Below, piece after piece: positions 40,360 through 50,475 of a stretch of DNA of 64,000 nucleotides. Source of the stretch: a bacterium (GTDB lineage: Bacteria > Patescibacteriota > Saccharimonadia > Saccharimonadales > SZUA-47); NCBI GenBank assembly GCA_030427445.1, contig JAUIBQ010000001.1, forward strand, positions 25,782 through 89,781, read 5' to 3'. The notes under the pieces were generated by a model. It worked only from the letters and a program-made list of their open reading frames with translations. It made no database searches and was not told where the DNA came from. Made by a program: the position numbers and the translations under genes. Each line of letters begins with the position of its first letter. Within the stretch, counting starts at the first letter, position 1.

Positions 40360-40581
40360 AGCAAAGAAGAGTCCTTTAGGGCTCTTTTTTGTTTGATTGA
40401 GTTTGGGATTCGCCCAGGGTTCGCCTCGCCGATTTTATCGGCCATCCCTCATTCCCAGCCAAAATTAAAAGTCCATGTTTACCATGGGCTTTTTGTTTTG
40501 ACTGCGACAGCAGTGAGGGTTCGAATCCCCGCGGGTGGTTCGTTTCGACAGCTGCAGCTGTCCATCTCTCATACCCAGCCA
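40360..40581 (+). repeat. Two tandem tRNA-Gln 3'-end hairpin repeat units
   Basis: ATCCCTCATTCCCAGCCA copies at 40444-40461 (exact) and 40564-40581 (2 mismatches), each preceded by a terminator, an inverted copy and GGTTCG plus hairpin. Confidence 0.9.
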
Positions 40582-40757
40582 AATTAATTTGATCTGTTTT
40601 TCATCTATTGAACCAGTTTAGTTTTTAGCATAATTTGGTAATATTTTATTCATTTGTGAAATACTCTCTGATAATAAAGTTCGAATTCTATCGGTTGCTT
40701 TGACACTGCATAATACTAATGGTTTGAACAGGATTAAAAGTATGGTATAAAAACAAC

Positions 40758-41168
40758 ATGACAGATAGAAGAGCACCATACACTAAATTTGAGACCCATT
40801 CTTCATATGAGGTTAGGTTCACTTCACCTAGCGAAGACCTAGAGGAGTTGAGGCCAAAAACCAAAAGAATAAGAGATGCCAGAAGTGCGGTACGTGGTGT
40901 ATGCAGCGAAGCCGAAAGAAGGTTCGATAAGCTTCTTGAGAAGCGCGAGCCTAAATGTACGCGTATCGGTGGTTGCGTTTTGGAAGGCTGCGTCACTTTG
41001 AACCCTAATTTTTTACCAGACTTGCAAGGTGAACTTGATGTGCTCGCAGTTTGCGAGACAAGCGAGGAAGCTGGACTAGTAGGATGTGCACTTAGGAGTG
41101 AGGATCCTTCGGCATTCGCCAATGAGGTGATTGTTGTTCTAGAGCCTAGGACACCCCAAAGCGAATAG
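40758..41168 (+). CDS. Hypothetical Cys-containing protein between tRNA-fragment repeats
   Basis: 136 aa; TATAAA box just upstream of the ATG. Confidence 0.55.
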   Translation: MTDRRAPYTKFETHSSYEVRFTSPSEDLEELRPKTKRIRDARSAVRGVCSEAERRFDKLLEKREPKCTRIGGCVLEGCVTLNPNFLPDLQGELDVLAVCETSEEAGLVGCALRSEDPSAFANEVIVVLEPRTPQSE

Positions 41169-41287
41169 ACTTTGTATATTTTCTTGAACACATAAGCGTA
41201 ATTTTCAGATCCAAAAGCTTTACTGTGCTTCGTACCTATTTTTACATCATTTTCAGTTTCCTCCACTCCTATTAAAGTTCGATGATC

Positions 41288-41406
41288 ATCCCTCATTCCC
41301 AGCCAAACTAACAACCGTCCTTCAGGGCGGTTTTTAGTTTGATTTAGAATGGGATTCACCCAGGGTTCGCCTCGCGAGCTTGCTCGCCATCCCTCATTAC
41401 CAGTCA
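41288..41406 (+). repeat. Third and fourth tRNA-Gln 3'-end copies with intervening unit
   Basis: 41288-41305 exact copy; 41389-41406 with 2 mismatches; unit similar to 40360-40461. Confidence 0.9.
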
Positions 41407-41476
41407 AACAAATATACAGTCGTAACCCACTATGCTATGCGAACGTATACATACTGTGTAAAATATAACCATAAGC

Positions 41477-42772
41477 ATGGATTTAGACAGAAAAATTCAA
41501 CCATCTGCAGGATTGTTCGTAAGCTTTTTGATAATAGCTGTGCCTATGTTTGGCTGGAAGTTCTGGTATCCATTTACTGAATTATCTACAATCGACGCTT
41601 TCATTGTATCGATCGCTAAAATTGGCGCATTTGGAGGGCTAGCGATGTTTGCCATGTCGTTAGTCTTAAGTGGTAGATATACATTTTTTGAGAAGGCATT
41701 TGGCGGACTCGACAAAGTCTACATCGCTCACCGTATGTATGGGACTGCAGGCCTAGCGCTACTCGTGCTTCATCCGATCGCTCTTACACTACTGACAAAT
41801 AACCCAGGGGTCGTCAGTTCTGTCGAGTTTTTACTCGGCGTGAACGACCTATCAATACTACTTGGCGCTGTAAGTCTCTATGGGTTTGTCGGCTTAATTA
41901 TTTGGTCAATAACGACAAAAGCTTCATATGAGACATTTCTTAAAGTTCATAAAATCACCGGACTACTATTTATTGCAGGTGCCATCCATGCTTTCGCTAC
42001 TGGCAGCATCTTAGAGCAGAGTAGATTCATGGCAGGGTATCTTGGTGTACTAAGTGTAGCCGGAGCAAGCACCTATGTTCTCTATACGTTATTGGGAGAT
42101 GCGCTTCATCGGCCTTACAGATATACGGTAACTTCTGTAAAAGAAAGCAATGGTGTTGTTGAACTTATCATGGAGCCACGATCAATGTTCATCAAGTTCA
42201 CCCCCGGACAGTTTGTATATGTTTCTATACCAGACATCGACTTAACGTACCATCCTTTTTCAATTGCATCAGGAAAGTTTGACGGTAAGTTACGTTTTGC
42301 GATACGTATGTCTGGCGACTACACACGAAAACTGACTAGCATACACTCCGACGCTAAGGCCTACATTAAAGGACCCTATGGAGGCTTTACATTTTTACAG
42401 CACAAGAATAAAAAACAGCTATGGATTGCAGGTGGGATTGGTGTAACTCCATTTTTAAGCGGAGCACGCTCAATGAGAAGGTCGCATGAGAAGGGTATGG
42501 TCGAGATGATTTATGCAAGCGACGACACTAACCCATATGGTCTTAAAGAGTTGGAGACTATCGAAGACCAGAACCCAGCATTTAACGTGACGCACTTCCA
42601 CAAAGAGAAGTTTGGCCATGTATCACTTGAAGTACTCCAGGAACAGCTAAAAGACTTACATGAGCGTGTCATCTATATTTGTGGACCACCAGTAATGATG
42701 AATGTCCTAAAAGACGAAGCTGAACGACTTGGTCTATCTGAAAACATCCACACTGAGGAATTCGCCTACTAA
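41477..42772 (+). CDS. Ferric reductase-like transmembrane protein with FAD/NAD-binding domain
   Basis: TM histidines, HPFSI, GPYG, AGGIGVTPF, ICGP, EEFAY. Confidence 0.92.
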   Translation: MDLDRKIQPSAGLFVSFLIIAVPMFGWKFWYPFTELSTIDAFIVSIAKIGAFGGLAMFAMSLVLSGRYTFFEKAFGGLDKVYIAHRMYGTAGLALLVLHPIALTLLTNNPGVVSSVEFLLGVNDLSILLGAVSLYGFVGLIIWSITTKASYETFLKVHKITGLLFIAGAIHAFATGSILEQSRFMAGYLGVLSVAGASTYVLYTLLGDALHRPYRYTVTSVKESNGVVELIMEPRSMFIKFTPGQFVYVSIPDIDLTYHPFSIASGKFDGKLRFAIRMSGDYTRKLTSIHSDAKAYIKGPYGGFTFLQHKNKKQLWIAGGIGVTPFLSGARSMRRSHEKGMVEMIYASDDTNPYGLKELETIEDQNPAFNVTHFHKEKFGHVSLEVLQEQLKDLHERVIYICGPPVMMNVLKDEAERLGLSENIHTEEFAY

Positions 42773-42783
42773 ACATAGAAATA

Positions 42784-42830
42784 AAATGGCGTGAAATCCT
42801 AAGGAGTTAAAATGCCAAATGGCGTGAAAT
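42784..42830 (+). repeat. 47-bp dispersed repeat, copy 3
   Basis: AAATGGCGTGAAATCCTAAGGAGTTAAAATGCCAAATGGCGTGAAAT; overlaps the stop of the 42830-43174 gene by 1 nt. Confidence 0.88.
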
Positions 42831-43174
42831 TATGCATGCAACTCGTCTACCCTGAGAGCTATCATTGCTTCAATTATATCCTTTGTTATGACATTGTCGC
42901 GTGTGAACCGTATTACCCCTTTTGAGTACTCATAGCCTGTCAGGTCAGGGGATAGAGCCGTGATAATCTTTGGGCTAAACGGGTACACACTCATGTGCTG
43001 TTTACTAATCGAGAACCCGATAAGTGGTCTTCCGTTCAATTTCAATGCAGGAAGTCCATAGCTTAGACCTTCAGATGCACGAGGTTCAACGGACTTCGCA
43101 TACTCCCATAGCTCAAAAACAATCTTCAAGTCTTTTTTGTCCGCGCTTTTGTAATAGTCTTCAAGGCTTATCAT
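42830..43174 (-). CDS. DUF1801/YdhG-like protein
   Basis: EGLSYGLP, HMSVYP, SKGVIRF. Confidence 0.85.
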   Translation of the reverse strand: MISLEDYYKSADKKDLKIVFELWEYAKSVEPRASEGLSYGLPALKLNGRPLIGFSISKQHMSVYPFSPKIITALSPDLTGYEYSKGVIRFTRDNVITKDIIEAMIALRVDELHA

Positions 43175-43181
43175 ATATGTA

Positions 43182-43682
43182 TCACACTTCTATTTTTCGT
43201 AACCGTGCCCTCACTGAAGGAGCCTCGTCTTTACTGCCTCGCTCTAGTATGGCCTGGGCATTTTTGAATAACCCAGGATATTCAACAGTAATTTTATATA
43301 GCACTGTGTAGCTCCAGGCTCTGACCATCTTGTTTTCATGCGTTGTCCACTCAATAATCGACTTACCCATAGTCGCAGCCTGTGATTTAGAAAGTGTGAG
43401 TGTGTTTAGTGCTTGAACAAGATGCAGCACAGGAGGCCAGGTACCACTTAAAATAGTAAACTCATACCATTGCCGCAACAAAGTGTCATCAATCTGACAC
43501 CCTTGATCAACCCAAGCCTTTAGCACCCAGCTTACGGCTTCTTGAGTTCGCTCGTTACGATTAAAACTATGCAATAACTCAGCAATGTCACTGTGAGTGG
43601 GTGACTTTTTAACGATCTCTTCCAAGACGTCCGTATGTTTTCCATCGTATTTATCGATGTTTTCAGACAGTGAAGCATTCAT
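43182..43682 (-). CDS. HEAT-repeat-like hypothetical protein
   Basis: NKMVRAWSY and DEAPSVRARLR helical repeats. Confidence 0.7.
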   Translation of the reverse strand: MNASLSENIDKYDGKHTDVLEEIVKKSPTHSDIAELLHSFNRNERTQEAVSWVLKAWVDQGCQIDDTLLRQWYEFTILSGTWPPVLHLVQALNTLTLSKSQAATMGKSIIEWTTHENKMVRAWSYTVLYKITVEYPGLFKNAQAILERGSKDEAPSVRARLRKIEV

Positions 43683-43809
43683 ACAATAAGTTAAACATAC
43701 ATATTATTGTGTTTCTAGCGTTCAGCCCTGCCTGAAACTAACCTATCCTACACTCCATTGTAGATTTTATTGTACAATGAGGGTAATTTTGAAAAGAAAA
43801 GAGAGATGA

Positions 43810-44862
43810 ATGAAATTATCGAGTTCTGAGAAATCAGTTTTAAACAAAGCAGTGATTATAGCGTCAATAGTACTACTCATTATATTTTGGCAGTTTATAG
43901 CACCGATCGTCACTGCATTAATATTTGCTGTTATTTTTGTGCCGATCTACCAGTGGTTACACAAGAAAACTAAACGTAACGGATTATCACAATTTTTGAC
44001 AGTGATGCTTAGTATTTTCGCTATTATTATCCCGCTCATTCTTGTCGTGTGGATCAGTGTTGATCAAGTTCAGAATATGATCAACGACATTACGCGCCTA
44101 CTAGACAACGGCGATACAACACTTTCTGAAGATAAAATTCTACAAGGCCTCAATGACGTCTTGAGCACGGTTACCAATGATCGTGTACAGATATCACTTG
44201 ATCAGTTTGAGTCAGCTATCTTGACTGCTGCACGTACAATAGGTGAAACAGCACTCAACTTCATGACAAATACTGTTAGCAGCGTTCCCAAGCTCGTCAC
44301 GAACATCATAATATTTTTCTATGTCTTTATTGGACTTTTAGGAAACTACAAAAAAGTACTCAACTACCTACGCAAACTCAACCCACTAGGAGATGAGGTT
44401 TCTACGATGTATCTAGAACGTGCTAAAGTCATGACAAACAGCATGGTGAAAGGGCAGTTTGTCGTTGCTATCGCACAAGGTATTATTGGAGCGATTTCGT
44501 TACACATCGCTGGCATAGACTACTTCACGTTTTTCGCACTCTTACTATCTGTACTTTCTATCGTCCCGCTCGGTGGCGGTATATTGACCATACCTATCGG
44601 TGTCGTCATGATATTGCTTGGTAACATCCCTGGTGGTCTTATCGTACTTTTGACGCATTTTATCATCGTTACAAATATCGACAACTACATCAGACCAAAG
44701 CTTGTTCCCGAGGAACTTTCGCTACATCCAGCGCTTGTGATGATCTCTGTATTCTCAGGGTTGGCACTGTTTGGATTCCTCGGTATCGTTGCGGGACCAG
44801 TTATCCTGATACTCGCACTTACGACTCAACAGATTTACATTAAAGCAACAGCTAAAAAATAA
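43810..44862 (+). CDS. AI-2E family transporter
   Basis: IDNYIRP and FGFLGIVAGP; multiple TM helices. Confidence 0.92.
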   Translation: MKLSSSEKSVLNKAVIIASIVLLIIFWQFIAPIVTALIFAVIFVPIYQWLHKKTKRNGLSQFLTVMLSIFAIIIPLILVVWISVDQVQNMINDITRLLDNGDTTLSEDKILQGLNDVLSTVTNDRVQISLDQFESAILTAARTIGETALNFMTNTVSSVPKLVTNIIIFFYVFIGLLGNYKKVLNYLRKLNPLGDEVSTMYLERAKVMTNSMVKGQFVVAIAQGIIGAISLHIAGIDYFTFFALLLSVLSIVPLGGGILTIPIGVVMILLGNIPGGLIVLLTHFIIVTNIDNYIRPKLVPEELSLHPALVMISVFSGLALFGFLGIVAGPVILILALTTQQIYIKATAKK

Positions 44863-45668
44863 TGGCAACTAAACCAACTAAGCTTCGACACATCCTTGAT
44901 ACCGTCCTGATCATTAAAAGATTAGCCGTCATCGCATTGATTGCATTTACTGCGTTCATTCTTTACCGACTACTCATAAACACTGTCTTGAGTCGCAGTG
45001 TTATATTTGGGATCATTACGCTCTGGGCGTTCAGCGCTTACATCGTACTCCCACGCATCCATCGATTACTCACAAAGATTTACATCCCAAATTATTTTAT
45101 CGGCAGGACAAGAACTGGCGACGGCCTACTTGGCGACCCGGTAAATCTTGCTTTACTTGGAAGTAAAAGAGACATTGAGCAAGCTATGAAGAAAGCTGGG
45201 TGGATAGAGGCAGATCAGCTAAACGCTACATCGACCTGGAAAATGATTACTGCTTCACTGAGGCGTAAAAGCTACCCCAACGCACCTGTGAGCTCTCTCT
45301 ATTTATTCGGGAACAAACAAGACCTAGCGTTCCAGCAAGAAGTAAATGGCTCGACTAAGTCACGCCATCACGTCCGCTTTTGGAAAGTTCCTAGAGGCTG
45401 GTATTTACCAGGAGGGTATACGTGCGACTACCTTGGGGCTGCAACGTTTGACACTGCAGTAGGGGTGTCGCTCTATACTTTTCAAGTCACACATCGAATC
45501 GAAGAAGACACCGACATTGAACGCGACTATGTCATACAATCACTTACCGATTCAAATAAAAAAATTACAGTCGATATAGTCAAAAACTTTACGACTGGAT
45601 ATCATTCAAGAAATGGCGGTGGAGACACTATAAAAACGGATGGTAGCCTCCCGTTCATACATCTTTAG
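44862..45668 (+). CDS. LssY C-terminal domain protein
   Basis: GDPVNL, YPNAPVSSLYLFG, RHHVRFW, DIERD. Confidence 0.85.
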   Translation: MATKPTKLRHILDTVLIIKRLAVIALIAFTAFILYRLLINTVLSRSVIFGIITLWAFSAYIVLPRIHRLLTKIYIPNYFIGRTRTGDGLLGDPVNLALLGSKRDIEQAMKKAGWIEADQLNATSTWKMITASLRRKSYPNAPVSSLYLFGNKQDLAFQQEVNGSTKSRHHVRFWKVPRGWYLPGGYTCDYLGAATFDTAVGVSLYTFQVTHRIEEDTDIERDYVIQSLTDSNKKITVDIVKNFTTGYHSRNGGGDTIKTDGSLPFIHL

Positions 45669-46024
45669 TTAGATTCTGTTGGTGCGCCTACATACTTCGC
45701 CTGTCCCCAACCCAAGTACATATACCCAAAATAAGAGAACAGGATGAGTACGACAGCCATGCCAAACCCTTTACCGAATGCTTTAGCTATTCCCAATGAA
45801 ATTAATGCAATGCTCACGACATTCACGAGTGGGATAAACAAACAGATAAAAACCCACAGTGGTTGTCCTGCGATTTTAGTGAGTATGTAGTTGTTATAAA
45901 CAGGTATTAGAGACTTCCACCCTTCGTAACCCGCCTTCACGAACATCTGCCAAAGAGATAACACACCGATTAACCATATGATTATCCCTACCGTAAAAAT
46001 ATAACTTGCTGTTGAGAGATCCAT
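45665..46024 (-). CDS. DUF5684-like membrane protein
   Basis: KAGYEGWKSLIPVYN...AFGKGFG. Confidence 0.8.
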   Translation of the reverse strand: MDLSTASYIFTVGIIIWLIGVLSLWQMFVKAGYEGWKSLIPVYNNYILTKIAGQPLWVFICLFIPLVNVVSIALISLGIAKAFGKGFGMAVVLILFSYFGYMYLGWGQAKYVGAPTESN

Positions 46025-46137
46025 TGTCCCACTCCTTTTTTTCAATTATTACTGAAAGTATAACAGATAACAGTTTATAAGCTTTGTAATAGAACTTTTT
46101 GTGGTATATTTTAAGCATAAAAGAGGGAGCTACACTA

Positions 46138-46560
46138 ATGGCAACAACATCAAACAACCAAATCGAAACACCAACCTATCTCAGATTCTCAAAAGTCATC
46201 GTCTGGTTAATGTATTTTTGGGTGATGATAGGCGTAATCGCACTGAGCTTGCGGGTGTTTTTACTACTATTCTCAGCTAACACTTCTGCAGGATTCGCGA
46301 ACTTTGTCATGAATGTTTCCGGAGATTATCTGCAACCATTCAGAGGTATCTTTGACTATCGTCCAGTAGGCGAAACAGGTTATTTGGATGTATCGGCGAT
46401 TTTCGCAATCATTATTTATCTATTTATCGTCTGGGGCTTTAAGGCATTAATTGACTACGTGCAAAACAAGATAGACACAAGCATGCATGAACAGAAAATG
46501 GAGCGCCTACGCCAAGAGCTTTCGACTGCTCGCAAGGGAAAAACAACTGCGAAAAAGTAG
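46138..46560 (+). CDS. YggT family membrane protein
   Basis: LRVFLLLFSAN...LQPFRGIF...AIIIY. Confidence 0.75.
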   Translation: MATTSNNQIETPTYLRFSKVIVWLMYFWVMIGVIALSLRVFLLLFSANTSAGFANFVMNVSGDYLQPFRGIFDYRPVGETGYLDVSAIFAIIIYLFIVWGFKALIDYVQNKIDTSMHEQKMERLRQELSTARKGKTTAKK

Positions 46561-46561
46561 A

Positions 46562-47371
46562 TTAGTCTACGTTTCGGATAGCATCGACCGCATTCTGTAC
46601 TGGCTTAACGTAGGCTTTAGCAAGTTCATGCCCAGCCGCTACACGAACTAGTTTAACATGACTATTCGTGTTTTGGATTCGCTTGTAATTTTTCTTAATC
46701 ACTAGTGGGTCAACCACACCATAGATAATCGTGGTCGGTTTACGAATCTTTTTTATATCCTCGTACGATGTCTGATGCAGTATGCTCGACTCTAGGGCCG
46801 CCATGTACACAGCCACATTTTCCTGTGTAAGCTCAAATGCTTCACCTGTAATCTTAAGCTTTGCAGCAACTGGCGCAAGACTTGTCATTAGTTCTGGATT
46901 TTTGATTGCATAGCGATAGAAATTTTTAAGTATTTTGCCGTTTTCTGGCAAGATTGCTTTACGCTGACTTTCATTGTAGATCGGCGGTCCACACAAAACT
47001 AAACCACGCACAAACACTGGGTATTTTTTGGCAAGTTCAATTGCAGTTAGTCCTCCCATAGAATGACCGATTACGATTACACGTTGTTTAACACCGTACT
47101 TTAGAAGAGTTCTTGCTACTGATTTTGCTTGAATCGAAATATTGTATTTTGTCTTCTCTGGCTTAGGAGATTTACCAAACCCTAATAAATCAATGGAGAT
47201 GACCCGTAAGTCGTCAGGAAGTTCTTGAGCGATTTTATCCCAAGCTCGTGAAGACTCGCCAAGGCCATGCAGTAATACGACAGTCGCTTTATACGCATCT
47301 GATTTTCTGTCCTCATGCACATGGAGTATGTAAGGGATTTTAAATAGTCTGTAACATATGCTTTTAAACAT
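46562..47371 (-). CDS. Alpha/beta hydrolase
   Basis: LLHGLG, DLLGFG, GHSMG. Confidence 0.9.
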   Translation of the reverse strand: MFKSICYRLFKIPYILHVHEDRKSDAYKATVVLLHGLGESSRAWDKIAQELPDDLRVISIDLLGFGKSPKPEKTKYNISIQAKSVARTLLKYGVKQRVIVIGHSMGGLTAIELAKKYPVFVRGLVLCGPPIYNESQRKAILPENGKILKNFYRYAIKNPELMTSLAPVAAKLKITGEAFELTQENVAVYMAALESSILHQTSYEDIKKIRKPTTIIYGVVDPLVIKKNYKRIQNTNSHVKLVRVAAGHELAKAYVKPVQNAVDAIRNVD

Positions 47372-47523
47372 CGATAGTAGTGTACCTGTTTATGGCAACT
47401 GCTCCAATTATGTCGAGGCAGAAAATTGATATTTATCACAGTCGTATCTGTAACATTTCGCACACATTTGGCCAGAGAACACATGCATACTACTATGTAG
47501 TCAACATAACACGTGGAGGTATT

Positions 47524-48189
47524 ATGGAAGATAATGTACTAGATACATTAAAAGATTCATCATTGGATCTCGTAGACGGTGGAGTAGAGTTTCTGCCTAA
47601 ATTATTAATCGCGATTTTGCTACTACTCGTAGGATTTTTTGTAGCAAAAGCTGTGGGCAAGCTCGTTGGTAAGGCTGTCGATTATGTCGAAAACAGCAAG
47701 CCGGTAACTGCCACGCTATCAAGCATTGGGGTAAAGTCTGTTGATATCGACAGCATTGTAGAACTGTTCGTGAAATGGTCTATCATCTTGATATTCCTAA
47801 GCGCATCAGTCGACGTACTCGAGCTCGATCCTCTCACACAAACATTTAACTCGTTAGTTGAGTTTATACCTAACATCTTAGCGGCAGTAGCTGTAGCAGG
47901 GCTTACGATATTTGCAGGAAATGCAATGTACGATATCGTCTTCCAGTCTGCTGAAAAAGCGCGGGTAAATGGTCATAAAACACTGGCTAAGATCTCACAG
48001 ATAGCCGTATGGGTATTTGGTCTTCCGCTAGCTGCAGCTCAGCTCGGACTTAACCTCACTATCGTGACGAACAACATCACTGTTGTTGTCGCGGGTGTCA
48101 TGCTTGCGTTCGCTCTCGCATTTGGCCTTGGTGGTCGCGATACTGCAGGAAAGATCGTGAGTGACTTACACAAAAACTGGAAGAAGTAG
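47524..48189 (+). CDS. TM-helix repeat protein (CmpX / small mechanosensitive-channel TM type)
   Basis: Repeated FLPKLLIAI / FIPNILAAV and ALAFGLGGRD. Confidence 0.8.
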   Translation: MEDNVLDTLKDSSLDLVDGGVEFLPKLLIAILLLLVGFFVAKAVGKLVGKAVDYVENSKPVTATLSSIGVKSVDIDSIVELFVKWSIILIFLSASVDVLELDPLTQTFNSLVEFIPNILAAVAVAGLTIFAGNAMYDIVFQSAEKARVNGHKTLAKISQIAVWVFGLPLAAAQLGLNLTIVTNNITVVVAGVMLAFALAFGLGGRDTAGKIVSDLHKNWKK

Positions 48190-48255
48190 TCTTTATCGAC
48201 TAACTCTAAGAACCGGCAGATACTTTCTGCCGGTATTTTAGTGTAGTATGTAATC

Positions 48256-48822
48256 ATGAAAAGAGTAATCATCGTTCATGGGTATACAGGTCATCCTGGC
48301 AAAAACTGGTTTCCATGGCTTAAGGCTAAGCTAGAAGAACTTGGACACGAAGTGTTAGTGCCTGCAATGCCTAGCCCTGATAAACCACTCTTGAGTGAAT
48401 GGCTACCGCATCTACATGAAGCTGTTAGTGCTCCAGATAAAGACACTTACCTCGTAGGGCACAGTTTAGGTTGCCCGACTATTTTAAGATACATTGAATC
48501 TCTGGACGTCGATGAAAAAATAGGCGGAGCACTTTTGGTTGCTGGATTCGCCGAACCCTTGCCACACCTCCCACAGCTAGATAGCTTTACTTCCGACGAA
48601 TGGAACGACCAAGCAGTTGTATCGCATGCAAATAATATTACAATCTTAAACTCAAGAGATGATAAAGCTGTTCCTTTTTTCAATGCAGAACACGTAAGAG
48701 ATAGATTCAAGGCAAAGCTTGTTGCGATTGATAGTGCAGGGCATATAAACGAAAAATCAGGTCATACACAAGTGCCGTTTGTTTTAAATGAGCTCAAAGA
48801 CATGCTAGGATACCAATCATGA
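48256..48822 (+). CDS. RBBP9/YdeN family alpha/beta hydrolase
   Basis: HGY...NWFPWL, GHSLG, GHIN. Confidence 0.92.
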   Translation: MKRVIIVHGYTGHPGKNWFPWLKAKLEELGHEVLVPAMPSPDKPLLSEWLPHLHEAVSAPDKDTYLVGHSLGCPTILRYIESLDVDEKIGGALLVAGFAEPLPHLPQLDSFTSDEWNDQAVVSHANNITILNSRDDKAVPFFNAEHVRDRFKAKLVAIDSAGHINEKSGHTQVPFVLNELKDMLGYQS

Positions 48823-49337
48823 AACTCATTTTTATCTATGGACCACCAGCAGTAGGAAAGCTTACGGTAGCAGAAAAACTGTCAGAACTTTCTGGTATAC
48901 CGTTGTTTCACAACCACGTAACACGAGATCTAGTACAGGATATATATGGAGATGGTATAGCTGAGAATTATGATTTAGTTAGAGATATCAGAAACCTGGT
49001 CCTCTCATACTGTGCCAAAAACGACACAGATTTAATATTTACATACGTATATGGAGGAGCGGAAGATGACGAGCATGTGCGTAAAATGAAGTCTAGCGTC
49101 GAAGACAATGGTGGTGAAGCCGTCTTCGTTGAGCTAACAGCTGAGCGTGCAGACCTCCTCGTAAGAGTGAACGGTGAATCGCGTAAACGCTACAAGAAGC
49201 TACATGATGCAAAAATTTTAGAGAAACTAACAGAAGACATGGAGAAGTTCTCAATACCTTTCATCGAAAAAACTGCTATAGATACGAGCAAATATTCATC
49301 TGACGAAGTAGCGAAAATGATACAGGAATTATTATAA
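48819..49337 (+). CDS. P-loop kinase (shikimate-kinase-like)
   Basis: GPPAVGKLT, LFHNH, RV...SR. Confidence 0.85.
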   Translation: MKLIFIYGPPAVGKLTVAEKLSELSGIPLFHNHVTRDLVQDIYGDGIAENYDLVRDIRNLVLSYCAKNDTDLIFTYVYGGAEDDEHVRKMKSSVEDNGGEAVFVELTAERADLLVRVNGESRKRYKKLHDAKILEKLTEDMEKFSIPFIEKTAIDTSKYSSDEVAKMIQELL

Positions 49338-49383
49338 TTCCACGCCGTTTGGCGTTTTAACACCTTAGAGTTTCACTTCATTT
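49337..49383 (-). repeat. 47-bp dispersed repeat, copy 4
   Basis: ATTCCACGCCGTTTGGCGTTTTAACACCTTAGAGTTTCACTTCATTT; overlaps the upstream TAA by 1 nt. Confidence 0.88.
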
Positions 49384-49426
49384 ATATATTCATTAATTCA
49401 TCATACTACTAACGTATACTGTGAGT

Positions 49427-50149
49427 ATGGATAAAATTGAGCATCATATTTCACATACCTACCAACCAACAAACACTACATGCAGTCAGACTGCACTATC
49501 TATACTACTTAGTCATTACGAAAACATCATCGAGCCATTAGAGCTTGAAGAGAGAATACCACAGACAACGAACGAGCTCGGTGAAAAACAAGGTACTATC
49601 AATCAGCACCTTGCAACATGGTGCTTATCTCAGGGCTTCAATGTCACTATGTATACCTTTGACTGCCAAATTATCGACCAGTCATGGTCAACACTGGAGA
49701 AAGATGAGTTAATTACAAGGCTAAAGCTTCGTAAAGATGGGTGGGTAGTACCTGGCATGGGTGAGCAATGGACAATAGAATACACGCAGGGCTATATAGA
49801 TTTCATGGAAGCAGGTGGTGAACTACATATACAGCAGGCAGTTACGTCTGATTTACTATACGAACTACTGCAAAAAGGGCCACTTCTTCCTTGTGTCAGT
49901 TTTAGTACACTATACGGCTCAGGCAGGACTGTGCTAACTCAAGAAGAAGATACCCCAGATGACATCAATGGCCGCGCGACAAATCACTCAATCGTTATTT
50001 ATGGCAACGATGAAAATGGTAACTTTCTAGTTGCTGATCCTTTTAAGAAACCAGGAAAGCTTGTTATTGATAAAGAACGAATGCTAGCTGCAATATCAAC
50101 TGCTCAAATAGAGTGCGATAATCTGCTTTTTCAACTTTATAAGAAGTAG
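49427..50149 (+). CDS. Papain-like (C39-like) cysteine peptidase
   Basis: Q...TTCSQTAL, NHSIVIYG, LVADP catalytic pattern. Confidence 0.8.
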   Translation: MDKIEHHISHTYQPTNTTCSQTALSILLSHYENIIEPLELEERIPQTTNELGEKQGTINQHLATWCLSQGFNVTMYTFDCQIIDQSWSTLEKDELITRLKLRKDGWVVPGMGEQWTIEYTQGYIDFMEAGGELHIQQAVTSDLLYELLQKGPLLPCVSFSTLYGSGRTVLTQEEDTPDDINGRATNHSIVIYGNDENGNFLVADPFKKPGKLVIDKERMLAAISTAQIECDNLLFQLYKK

Positions 50150-50150
50150 T

Positions 50151-50197
50151 TATCCACGCCGTTTGGTGTTTTAACTCCTTAGGATTTCACCGCATTT
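50151..50197 (-). repeat. 47-bp dispersed repeat, copy 5
   Basis: TATCCACGCCGTTTGGTGTTTTAACTCCTTAGGATTTCACCGCATTT, 1 nt after a stop codon. Confidence 0.88.
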
Positions 50198-50475
50198 TGA
50201 TAATTCTGGTAAGAGATTTCTCTGTAGGCACGTGCCAATTTGTCGATTTCCTGCATGAGTAGAAAAGCAGTTGAGAAGATACTTGGTAGCCCAGCAAAAT
50301 ACCGCTCCTGATTAGCAAATGTTATTAATGACAGCTTATTTCCGTTCAACCATATGTCGTGGAGGTTGTTTTGTTTTAGGGCATTCACTATTTTGGGTAT
50401 AAAGACTACAATCGATTTCACATAAGACACCGGTATTATTGACACGACGTACGTTATTATGCTATAATATATATT

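Noticed and set aside
40376..41407. ORFs 40376-40582 (-), 40393-40587 (+) and 40688-41407 (-)
   Set aside because: They run through tRNA-derived repeats or lie antisense to the 40758 gene; their shared peptides only reflect the repeat.
50179..50445. 88-aa minus-strand ORF ending inside repeat copy 5
   Set aside because: No convincing start and it overlaps the next gene's -35 box; at most a gene fragment.
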